Shown piece by piece: positions 1 to 12,825 of a stretch of DNA of 64,000 bases (position 1 is the stretch's first letter; each line of letters starts with the position of its first letter). Under the pieces are notes generated by a model. It was not told where the DNA came from, made no database searches, and saw nothing but the letters and a program-made list of their open reading frames with translations. The position numbers were made by a program, and so were the translations under genes. The DNA comes from Utricularia gibba. Taxonomy: Eukaryota > Plantae > Magnoliophyta. The DNA lies in NCBI GenBank assembly GCA_002189035.1, contig CM007991.1:2542001-2606000 (forward strand). The letters run 5' to 3'.

Positions 1-147
1 AGCACCAGCAAAGAGGGAAAGATACTGTTTGCGAGTTCAGCAAAAGCAGCATGGAAAAATGGGGATCCAACAAAACAGAAACGAAGACCGAAGTCCATTC
101 CATCGAAAACAGCAAGTTAAAGAAAGTTCAAGTATGAAGGCAACACT

Positions 148-1372
<1,225 letters not shown>

Positions 1373-1373
1373 C

Positions 1374-1429
1374 TAGGGTTTCTTTATCTTCTGAGTCCCG
1401 AATGGGCCTTTTGCTGTCCAAAATGGGCC
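1374..1429 (-). promoter_or_regulatory. Telo-box (AAACCCTA on minus strand) plus two site II (TGGGCC) elements upstream of RPL13A
   Basis: tagggttt at 1374-1381, tgggcc at 1403-1408 and 1424-1429. This motif pair is typical of plant ribosomal protein promoters. Confidence 0.65.
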
Positions 1430-1878
1430 TACTCAACTCTCTATGCCGCACTCTGGGCGTCGCCCAGTTTGTTTAATAGGCCCAGGCTCGTTAAGAGTTC
1501 CTTTTCTTTTCTCTGCACTACAAACAAGACCCAGTTTTCTGGAAAAGGTTACATAGATGGAGATTCGAATTCTCAACTGTATCACCTTCATCATTATCAA
1601 GACCAATAGGCGATTAGTTTCGGCGGATCAACTAGGTGTTGAAGAAGGTGGCGGTGGGATTCTGGAGAAGGTGGGAATTTTGAATGTGCAGACTGCAACG
1701 CCGTCGTTTGGTTGAAATTATGGTTTGTTTTCGTTTATGCTACTGCCTACAGCGGTACTCCTAGTAGATGGATTGAAAATTCGAATCAGAATTGAAAAAA
1801 GTTCAGTAGAAATCGCTTAAAAGCTTCATTGGTGGGCAAAGATGATGACACAAGGTTCAATTCAAGCGCAATCGATAT

Positions 1879-4406
1879 TCAAGTTGTTGCAGGGAGGAAG
1901 CCGTGTTTCAGAGCAGCTTCCCATATCTTCTTGTGATCGAAAATGGCGTCTCCGCATTCGTTAACGTTCCATTCCTCGAGGGCGTGAACAATCCCCGCCA
2001 CCCTCCACGCGCTCATCATTTTTCTCGGCAGCCAGTTCTGAAAAAAATGGATTCTTGGATTGGGCTTGGGGAAAAAGTCAATAGAATTGCATTATCAATT
2101 ATCACCTCACAGGAATGCAGATTCTTGAGAGAGGGCGGCGCAATCATGGAGGGTGTGTAGCTGTAAACAGCGTCTGTACGTTCTTTCTTTGGTGGGAAAT
2201 GAGAATAGCAGATGAAAGTGGTTCCTTCTGGTGCTTTTAGTTGCTCCTCTTTTGTGAGTCCTGCTCCAACAAGCCATACCTGAAATATTGGCAGCTTATT
2301 TATAATGTGTTTTTACTGTATAGACTCAGGAAGGGGAACATGCTTTCTGGGTAAAGGAGCCTTTGGAGGTGAGTAGGCATTCTTTGGAGGGAAACTTCAC
2401 TGCAAGTTTAGACCTTTCGTTCTCATATATGGTTGCTACCTGAGGAGAGGGCAATGATTTTGTTATTGTCAAAAAGAAAATATTATGAAGATTGGATTTT
2501 GTGTAAGCATAAAGGTTTGTGTAGGAGGAATAGACCCGAATCCCCTGGCCCAGTAATGCAGAAACGATGGCATATGCAGTTTTGCAGAGGCTTCCCCTGA
2601 GAAGAACTTCAGTTGTATCATTTGGAATGGTGTTTAGTAACACTGCAACTGCCATACTGCTTCCATCGACTAGCTTCATCCGAAGTTTAGGGTATCTTTG
2701 GATGAAGAGTTCTCCATTTCCGTTCATGTCACCCTGTGATTTTAAGATTTTAGATTCCCATTCTTTCATATGTGACACTGGTTCATGATGATACACCAAC
2801 GCAGATGAAGGGAAAGAAGATGCTTACCTTGTTTAGCAGGCCTAGACTTAACACCTTGACTCCTCGGGCATCAGCTTTGAGTATTGCTTCTTCAATCATC
2901 AGGTTGATTGCCTTTTCATGCCGTTTGAGTGAATACTATATGGACAACAATTGATTAATTGATTGCTCTCTAGCAAAAAGTGAAGGAATTCAACTCCTCT
3001 GTCTGTGTCACCTGCATGGTGTACCGTGGGATGGCCCAAGTCTGCATCTTGAGTTTGTCCAAAAAGTTCCTCTCCACGACAAAACACTTCCCCCGATGGA
3101 ATTCAGGATCATTGACCATTGCAGGATTGGCCTGATAAGCTTTAGGTACCATTTAGAGCCCTGAGGCTTGGAGGCGAAAGAGGCCAATCCGATGTCAAGG
3201 TGGAAGACTGATTCTGGTGTGGTAAGATGCGTCAAATATACGACATCAGGACAATCTTCAGGCCTTTTCAGTGACTGCACATACAGCTCATTGCTCGACT
3301 TGTCGACAGTTCCATGAATGTAATCATACAAGGGCATGAACAAAGAGTAGTTGGTCCGGAATTGAGTGTGATGCAGAGAGTGAAACCTTTTGGCAAATAG
3401 ACACACCATCAAGCCAAGTGATTTTGAGTGAAAATGCAAGGTTTGAAGGTGGGATTACTCACGAGGGCGTATACATCAAGTATTTCATAGGTGGGAAGAT
3501 GGAAAATGCCCAATTTGGAACCAGCTCAAAGTTGCAGTGACCCAAGTTGTTCATGATGTCTACGTAGGTGATGTAGCCGAAGATAGAAGCCATGGAAGCC
3601 GTTCCCATGAGTCCAACTGTGACCATAGGGAACCCGAACAGCAAGAAGTAGGCCAGATGCTCTGCAAAAGGATGTATGACGGCTGCAAATGCCACTAGCA
3701 GCAGTCAGTAAAACGTGGAGACGAGTAAAAGAAAATAATGCATAGAGAAACAAGAGTGGTTTACAGGTTATGGGCTCTGTGACTACGGAAGAGTGGTGGT
3801 GGGAGTGGTATCTTGAATAGAGAAAGTGATGATGTAGAGCCCTGTGAAGCCAATAGTAAAGATACTCCACAGGCCCCGCGTGGAGCAGTGCAACCATGAC
3901 AACCCCCTCTGTTCGCCATGCCGGCAGAAAAGAAACTATCTTGATCACATTGTTGAAAAAGTAGAGAAGAATCCCATTCAGCAGAATCTGGTCATCCCAG
4001 TTGCTCTCCCTATCAACCTGCTCAAACTCGATGCTCCGGTCGACGATCCGGGTCTTCCCGGTGGCGGTCCGGTACCTGGAATAGGATATCCATATCTGGT
4101 TATGCAATGCTCTGAAGAGCAGAAATGGGATTATCAGCATGTTGGTGTAGTCTCTCTCTTGCTTCTCTTTTGTTGCTAGGATATGAATGCTCTGTAGGGC
4201 ACATGGCGCCAGTATCAGATACTGCAAACGGAAAACAACAGAAACAAATTATTCTGCTTTCTGCTATCCCACCACCTTCCTCTTCACATTCTGAAGCTCA
4301 TCAACTTCACAGCTTTCAAGAAAACTGGAGAAGTTTATCATCATACCTTGAAACCTCCGAGCTTCTTCCATGGCCAGTCGGTCAGAATTCCTGGTCTGGA
4401 AGCCAT
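1879..4406 (-). CDS. CER1: CER1-like very-long-chain alkane-forming enzyme, copy A; apparent 1-nt frameshift at 3090-3094
   Basis: MASRPGILTDWPW start; His motifs LHRALHHHFLYSRYHSHHH and FHSLHHTQF; WAX2-type C-terminus DGSSMAVAV...NWLPRKMMSAWRVAGIVHALE...KHGF; stop at 1879-1881. Confidence 0.9.
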
Positions 4407-4910
4407 CTTTGCTGCACACCTCCTCTTCTTAGTGCAGCAGTGCCTTCAGATGCGCACCTAGTTATAGGAGCTGCCAAGGATACTAGTGAGTAATCTTACT
4501 CAAATAATTCACAATTTGACTTAAAAGAGTGGTGTCCTTTAAAGCCTGCAGGTATTTCAGATTAGAGTCCATAGTGTGCATGTGAACTGCGAACTTGCAG
4601 TTCACTGATTCAATGGAGGCAATAATTGCTATGATTCTAGACTCTTAAAAGAGCGAGGACCCCGAAGCAGCAGCACCCACCCAATTGTACCAAATCGTGA
4701 CAGTGTTGTAATTCTCTGTCAAGTGTCAAGATACGCTTTCATGTGGGGGTGATGACAATTAAGAAGAATTTAATGGTGATTAGTGTTTTTTAACCACATG
4801 ACAAGATCTTGAAGTACATCGCCATGATGAGTAGTAATGATAAACATATGTGCCACCAAGGTTGGCTTTTCATTGTAGTAATGGCATTCATACAGAGAGC
4901 TTCGCATTGT

Positions 4911-7650
4911 TCAAGGGACGCTTGATTCATCAGACAGAGGACGGAATCCATGTTTGAGACAAGCTTCCCATGTTTGAGTGACTTGGAGGATGTTGTCGCC
5001 GCATTCGTCGGCGTTCCATTCCTCGGCGGCGTGCAGTATCCCGGCAATGCGTGAGGCGCTCATCGCCCTCCTCGGCAGCCAATTCTGTCACCAGCCCCAC
5101 GAAGCGAAATTGTTTAATTATGCATGATGGCGATACAGCAGGAAGTGGTTGATGAGTTAACCAACCTCGCAAGAATCCAAGTTCTGTAGATGCTTGGGAG
5201 CTAGCATTGCTGGTGTGGTTCTGTAGGTGCAGTCCTTGCGGATTCTATCGGGAGGGATTTGAGACAATGGAATGAAAGTGGTTCCTTTTGGGGCCCTGAG
5301 TTGTTCGTCGTCTGTCAAGCCATCGCCCACCAACCAAATCTGCAGCAAGACAACACAACCAATAAAAAGAAGGTTGTTCAAGTTGGTTACACTGACTGAA
5401 CTTTACCTTTGGAAGTGGAACTTGGCTTTCATGGAGGAGCACGAGCTTGCCTTGGCTCTCCTTGTCATCACCCATCTTTTCTCTGATCTTCTCGTACTCA
5501 TCCTTGTGCAGAGTGAACACGCTGATTCCTCCTCTGCACAAGGCTAAAGCAACTGCATAAGCCAGCTTAGTGACATTTCCCCTAAGAAGCACTTGAGTTG
5601 TCTCCTTCGGAATGGTGTTAAGCACGACCGCAACAGCCAAGCTACTCCCATCCACCACTTTCACCTTCAACTTCGGGTGCTTCCTCACAAAAATCTCCCC
5701 ATTTTTGTTCAGCTCTTGCCCCTGGATCACAAGCATTCCGAAGACATACATGTACACAAATTCTCCAACCAAAAAAAGGTATTTCTCTGGGAAGCAAACA
5801 AGTATCTTGCCTGGTTGAGCAACCCCAAGCTCACAACCTTGGCACCCTTCTCCTCTGCGCTAAGTATGGCGTCTTCTATCGCACTGTTGATCGCCTCCGT
5901 CTGCCATTGCATTTGGTACTGCAACCAACGCGAACTCGGTAACTCTCTCGGTTACTAAAACCAACCGTCTTTCGGGAGTCCGAGCGTACCTGAATGGCGT
6001 ATTTGGGCAGGCACCATGTTTGCAACTTGAGCTTCTCGAACACATTCCTCTCCAACACAAAGCTACTCCCGTGCAACAGATTCTTCACAGTGGACCATAG
6101 CGTCAGTGGCCACACCAAGGTCAAGTACCACCTGGGCACGTAGGGTTGCGCGGCGAGGTGAGCAAACCCTATGCGGAGATGATAGATCGATCCCGGCGTC
6201 GTCAAGTGTGTGAGATGAACGACGTCGCATCGCTCGTCTTCCCTAAGGAGGGACTTCTCGTAGAGGGTGTCGGAGGACTTGTCCACGGTGCCATAGACGT
6301 AATCGTAGAGCGGCATGAAGAGACAGTAGTTCGTCCGGAACTGCGTATGGTGCAGCGAGTGGTACCTGTGTTGTCACATGCAAATGCAGCACAGTACGAT
6401 CAGTAGTCTTCGAAAACGCTCAAAAAACATCACTTCACCATTTCCCACAATGCTCTCACAGGCAATCCGTAGCGGTGTCTTAACGCAATGAAAGACAGGT
6501 TGTACGTCATCATATTACACAGTGACAGAGATCAGTTCAGTTCTTATTTGTTAATCAAATCATCAATGGCTAATATCGTGGGGTGCCTGGTTTCAGAATG
6601 ATGGTGAACATGTGTTCCCTTTCCGTTTTCCCGATTACTGGGTGTTGAGGTTACTTACGAGGGAGTATACATCAGATACTTGAGAGGAGGGAAGATGGAG
6701 AAGATGGACTTGGGAACGTGCTCGAAGTTGCAGTGCCCCATATTGTTCATGAAGTCGACGAACGTAATGTAGAGAGCTACAGACGCTATGGAATTCACTC
6801 CGCAGAGAGCAGTCCCCAGAATGGGGATCGCAAACAGAGCATAGTAAGCAATATGCTCCGCAAATGGGTGGATCACGGCTGCTCACACAACCCAACAGTG
6901 TTAAGATAAACCCCAGCAACGGATCTTGAATCGGAAAAGGAAAGAAATGAGGGAATTAGTACGTACAGGTGATGGGTTCTGTGACGACGGACGAGTGGTG
7001 GTGGGAGTGGTAGCGGGAGTAGAGAAAATGGTGGTGGAGAGCTCTGTGGAGCCAGTAGTAGAGAAACTCTACAGGCCCCGCATGGATAACAAACGTCCAT
7101 ATGACGCCGTCGGTTCTCCACCACGGCAGATTCCGGGTGCCGGCAACGTAGTGCTGCCCGATGTATAGCAGAAGGCCGTTCAGTATGATCTGGTCGTCCC
7201 TGCAGCGAAACCCCACAACAACAACACAATCAACAAAAAAAAAAAACAATCATCTTCACTGCATTCATACTGTGTAGCTTTAGCTTCACCAGTTAGCTTC
7301 GCGGTCGACTTGGTCGAACTCGATCGGCTTATCGACGATCCGGTTCGACCCTTTCGCGGTCCGGTACCGGGAGAGCGAAATCCAGACGAGGTTGTGAAGG
7401 GCTCGGGAGAGAATCAACGGGAGAATGAGGAAGTTAGATAGGTCCCTCTGGCCATCGGTGCCCCCAGTCACGAACCGGTACGTCGAATGAAACGCGAACG
7501 GTGCCAGCACAGCGTACTGCAAAAACAAACACGACGCCGCACTAGGTTTAAAATCCAAGCAAAAGAAGCAAGACGAAGAAGACGAAGAACCTTGTAGCTG
7601 CCGAGCCACGTCCAAGGCCATTCTGTAAGAATGCCGGGATTTGAAGCCAT
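4911..7650 (-). CDS. CER1: CER1-like very-long-chain alkane-forming enzyme, copy B (appears intact)
   Basis: MASNPGILTEWPW start; same His clusters (LHRALHHH, YHSHHH, YHSLHH); C-terminal NWLPRRAMSASRIAGILHAAEEW...KHGFRPL; stop at 4911-4913. Confidence 0.93.
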
Positions 7651-8833
7651 CCTTGCTTCCACGACCTATTCCCAGCTTCCGGACTCCATATATATAGAGA
7701 GAAGAAAAAGAAACCAGAGAAAAAAAAAAAAAAGCATTTAATGTATCCTCCGGGCGTCTGTGCAACGCTCCGGGAAAATAACCTTTCATCTAGCAACTCG
7801 CGCTTTTCAGTAAACATTTGCATTAGTTTTCAGGATCCAACGGTCGGGCATCGATCATCCCAATGTCCGCCGTGGAACGGGGTTTCACGGCGCTGTAAGA
7901 TTTCCCACCGGGAAGTCTGTTGTGGCAAAGGAAATCGAGGACAGGATGCATTGAATGGCCACGTGGAAGGTATAAAACCAAGTGACAATGGACCGCGTCA
8001 CGTGGCTCCTCCAAATCCAAGTAGAGTAAGCAACAGATAATATCAGGATTGGGTATGATTCTAATTTTATTTGATCTTTTTTATTTTATATATTCGAAAC
8101 GAATAATATGATCAAATTACTACAACATTTGCTACGTATCGTTTATAAGTTGGATAACAAAATAAAAAAGTAATATTAACATTCTAAAAAATAAATCATT
8201 TTACTCCAAGGGTGATGCTGTCTCCCTCTCCAGTTTCCTCAGTTTGAAAACTGGAAAAAAGTTTAAGAGGAGGATGACGACCAGACATCTGAGGTACGTG
8301 AATGCAAGTGATAAGGCACATTGAAGGCATGCCCGTTTCTGGGCTTCAGCATTTATTCTATTCTGTGGAGTCCCATCCACCCCACGACACCCATGTGACG
8401 ACGACGGAGCCTCGGAAGCTTATCAACAGTACGAGGTTGGGGACAGGGTGAGAGCGATCGAGTTGGAGCCTCTGTCTCTGCCTCCGCTTCTCTCCTTTCC
8501 TTTGTCGTTTAGAGGCAGTTGTGTAAGTACGCCCTTCATTTATTCGGCCGCGGCCACGACGTCGACGTCGCATGAGAGGGTTCAATGAATGAACTATCCG
8601 AGCGACCGGGTAATAAAAGCTGGGGCGCTGCACCAGATTCTCTTATCAGGATGAATGATGATTACAGCATAATTTTGATGTGGATTTTGGACCCACGTTG
8701 TGTTCTTGAGCTGGGAGTTTGGACGGATTCGGTCGGTTTGGGGCCGAGCTGCTTCGTTGTGGGCTGTAGGAGGAGGGTGAACAGGTAGCTATTTCTGAAA
8801 CCAGGAGGCCCAGGATGAGTTGCGTTGCCCTCC

Positions 8834-10000
8834 ATGGAGCGGACGGCTCCACAAATTCGGAAGGACGCAGTGAACAACCGTTGGGTGATCTTCTCCCCCG
8901 GGAGAGCCAAGCGGCCCTCTGATTTCAAGTCAAAGGCGGATGCCAAGGCGGGATCGAAACCTCAGAGAGAGTGCGCCTTTTGCGCCGGTCATGAGCACGA
9001 GTGCGCGCCGGAGATATTCAGGTATCCGCCGGACTCTTCTTCGGATTGGCGGATTCGGGTGATCCAGAACCTCTTCCCTGCGGTTTCCCGCGATGTGGAT
9101 CCCGCTATCGCTGATTCATGCGGTGGACGTGTCACTGCCACCGGATTCGGGTTTCACGATGTTGTAATCGAATCCCCGACACACCAAATTCACCTCTCGG
9201 ATCTTCCTCCTGCTCAGGTCGCGGAGGTGCTGATAGCTTACAAGAACCGGATCCTGCAAATTCACGCCCTAGATTCCATTTACTATGTTCAGGTGCGGTT
9301 TTTTCGTTTGAACCTCATAATACTCCGGCGGTTCTTTTGCAGTTGCAAGGCGTTTGCCAATGCTGGTTTTTTTGGCTGTAGGTTTTCAAGAACCATGGTG
9401 CCTCAGCTGGCGCATCCATGAGCCATTCACATAGTCAAATAATGGCTCTCCCGGTTGTCCCCCCTACAGTCTCCGCTAGAACTCAGTGCATGAAAGAGTA
9501 CTTTGAGCAAACGGGGAAATGCGCCATCTGTGAAGCAACACAGGATGATTTAGTTGTGGACAAATCAAGCCATTTCATTTCGATGGTGCCATATGCGGCA
9601 ATGTTTCCCTTCGAGATCTGGATAATCCCACGTTGCCACTCCTCTCATTTCCATGAGCTTGACGATGATAAGGTAACTAATATGAATTGATTTACTTCCT
9701 AGAACAAGAAGGTGAAGCCTTTGCTGCATGATTTCTCAGGCGTTGGATTTGGGAAGTCTCTTGAAGCGCACACTTGTCAAGATTTCGTTGCAGTTGGATG
9801 ATCCTCCTTACAACCTCATGATCCACACTGCTCCATTCCGCACAGACCCTGAACGTTTGAAGTCCATCCACTGGTATATTCAGCTCGTTCCCCAGCTAAC
9901 GACCACGGGAGGCTTCGAGATGGGATCAGGATGCTTTATCAACCCTGTTTTCCCTGAGGAAGCAGCCAAAGTTTTGAGACAGGTCACTATTCCAAATTAA
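8834..10000 (+). CDS. GalT-family nucleotidyltransferase, ADP-glucose phosphorylase type (At5g18200-like); 3 exons 8834-9292, 9382-9672, 9740-10000
   Basis: IRKDAVNNRWVIFSPGRAKRP, CAFCAG, GFGFHDVVIESP, FKNHGASAGASMSHSHSQ (HxHxQ catalytic motif), GGFEMGSGCFINPVFPE. Confidence 0.92.
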
Positions 10001-10294
10001 AGGTCGAGTCTTTGGTCTGAGAGGGAGATACCTCCTCGGTTATCTGAATAATTGTTGCATCGTGCTTCAGCATGGTATCCTAGTTGTCGCACCGCTGTGT
10101 GTTATTCTGACAAATTCTGGTTTGATCGTGCCATCATTTAGAACATTTAATGCTATTCAGGAATAGTCTTTGATTCACAAAATTGATCAGTTCCAAGAAA
10201 CAGAATTGTGTGTGCATCTGTGATGCCAGAAAGTACTTATTTTGCAGAGGAAAACCCAAGATCCTGTTTTTTTCTTTTTTGTGGTCTTTTCCAG

Positions 10295-12466
10295 TTAGCA
10301 ACTGCCGTAGGAAGGTGCAGGCAAGAATGGAAATGGTGCAACAGACGCGTACGCTACTGGAGGCCGGACCTCCTTTGTGGGGGGCCTTCTGACGACAATA
10401 CTGTACTCGTCGTCCTCGGCCTGTGGGTACGATAAAGCAGTGGTTTCTTCCAACTCTTGATCATCAGGAAGACGATGAAGCAGGAGGCCACCCATGAACA
10501 CCGGAAGGTACAAAAGGCTGGAATGGAACATTCTTCGAGCACTTTTAGAGCTTCTGTTTACAAGGAATGCTGCCGCCGTTGAGCTGATGGCAAGAGCCAA
10601 GAACGATGACTCCGCACAGAACCAACCTGAAGTTAACCCCCCTGCAAACATTTTTCAGTGATTCAGTCCATCCGTAATGCAATAAAAGGAAATACAGAAA
10701 ACAAAGTATGTTGTTCATTGGAGTAACTCACAATCATACGCAAGGTATCCCAATGGGAGAAGATAAATACAGTTCCTCAAAGCTACCATGGCCGTTCTAT
10801 TACCAGTGGGATCTCCAAGAGAAAACATCTTGAACCTGAAGTTGGGAAGCAATAGGAGTCACAAAAATCATATGCTCCCATCTGTCTAACGAGCAAAACG
10901 TTACACACGTACCCGCCCTTCGCATAATCTTCACGGCAAAGGTATGCAAGGGCCATAAAATGAGGTATCTGCCAAAAATATAGGGCAGCAGGGAGTATCA
11001 TTCCATTTACTGAGATATCACCAGAAGCAGCTGCCCACCTTGACAATACGTATGCAAGTGAGTTAGTCCAGTTTGACCAATAGGTTGTGCATTGAAAGTA
11101 CAGTGGATATGCATTTCAAGAATAAAAAGCTCCACTCATCACACAATCAACAGGCTACAATATTTTGTACGTGAAGCAATACCAAGATACTGTGCACGCA
11201 GCCAGAATGAAGCAAACACATTTTAAGGAAAGAGCACCCTGGACTAAGTGTTCCCATACACATACACAGCTTGGAGAATTTACCCGAGGGCAGGAGGAAT
11301 GGCGCCAACAACAGCTCCAACCCAAGTATTTACGGGATGTATTTGCTTCAGAGGAGTATAAACAAATGCGTAAAGGACAAGATTGGAGGCTGCAAGGCCG
11401 GCTGCCAGCATATTAGTCTGCAACCACCTTGCCAAAAACATTGCAATATCAATCTCTTCTGCAAAGCAGAAAACATCAGCAAAGATCTCACTGAAAACAG
11501 CGTAATGATAACCAACCTGGGAAGCTAACAAAGCAGTTCCAGCGAGACCAACCGAAGATGCCCAAGTAACTGCTTGCGGTATGCTAATACGGCCAGAAGG
11601 CAGTGGTCTGTTCTTGGTTCTATTCATCTTAGCATCATTTTTAACCTCGAAGACCTGAGGTAAGACATGGGACTCATAAGCTCTAAGTAACGAATCTAAC
11701 ATGAGTTATTCAAATAGAAAAACAACTTGGATCACGACTGCAAAAAGGTGATTAATAAACATAAACAAAGTTTTCTTTTTTATACCCTATGAACCATTCC
11801 CAGTAATAATTACATTAACAAAAAATAAATGAGCAGAAGACAAGCTAACTATTGAAAGAGGGAGAAATGAAAGATTAAACACCTGGTTTAGAGAGTTGGC
11901 AGACGCGGCAACCATCATGGTACCCGCACATGTACAACAAAGGCCGAGGTAATCAATTGAACTGCCACTACCCAGGATATATCCAGTTCCCGAAGTAGCA
12001 ACAACAAGGATGCTGGCAAAGAAAAATACCTAAAGACATTAAGATTTATCCTATAAAAATGCAACTGAAAACTGAATTGGACAAAGAAAATTCACAAAAT
12101 GATGAATGTGTGCCAGAATGAATAAAAAAACCGAACCGAACTCATAAGGAAATTATAGTATTCCTCAGGAGTGAGTGAAAAATGAAACCTTAAGCGGGCC
12201 TTAGAAAGCTCCCAAAAGCATCGACCATAGTGCTTGGCTATCGCCATCGTTCCCATAGCACTGAAACCCCCCGAAACTTCGAAGGCTAACGACGGCGCCT
12301 CTGTACTCCCATACATAGCTCCAGCCCCAGATTTCGTAGAGCTCACCGGACCTCCGGTCGAGGCGGTAGAATAGGGCCGAGAAAATCGACCGAGGAGAAT
12401 AAGGGAACGGCCATTATTGCTACCGGAGACTTTGGATGAGAGGCGCAAGTAATTTCTTACCCACAT
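10295..12466 (-). CDS. COX10: Protoheme IX farnesyltransferase (heme O synthase), mitochondrial
   Basis: Transit-like N-terminus MWVRNYLRLSS; YGRCFWELSKARL; DAKMNRTKNRPLPSGRI; LYAFVYTPLKQIHPVNTWVGAVVGAIPP; LYFWQIPHFMALAY; ARRMFHSSLLYLP. Confidence 0.94.
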
Positions 12467-12583
12467 CGCCGCACCGGGATCAAGAAATTGACCGGAAATC
12501 GGGGGTCTGGAACCAGATTGATACAGAGTTGAAGAAGAAGCCGTGGTGTGGCCAAGTTGGACTCGTAAATCAGCGAATTTATG

Positions 12584-12682
12584 TGGGCCCGCCCAATGAG
12601 AATTTGTGCCAAGCCCAGGCCCAAAATAGTTGTTTTCAAAGAGAGAGTTACGAACTCGTATTCCAATTCTAACCCAAGCCAC
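12584..12682. promoter_or_regulatory. Site II (TGGGCY) cluster in the 360-bp divergent COX10/CAT9 promoter
   Basis: tgggcc 12584, agccca 12612, ggccca 12618 and agccca 12677 lie between the two start codons. Site II elements are common in nuclear genes for respiratory-chain components. Confidence 0.55.
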
Positions 12683-12825
12683 CAAACACGGAACTGCACT
12701 CACCATTCCACTGCCACTTAAATTTCTGTAGATTATGATGGAGAAGAGAACTCGGAGTCATTGAGACTTCAAGGAATCTTGGCCGTTGGATTTTTTAGCT
12801 GAGTTAAACAGGGTGATCAGGGAAG

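Noticed and set aside
5050-5085. MSASRIAG instead of MSAWR in CER1 copy B as a loss-of-function sign
   Set aside because: This position varies among functional CER1 proteins (Arabidopsis CER1 has a non-Trp residue as recalled).
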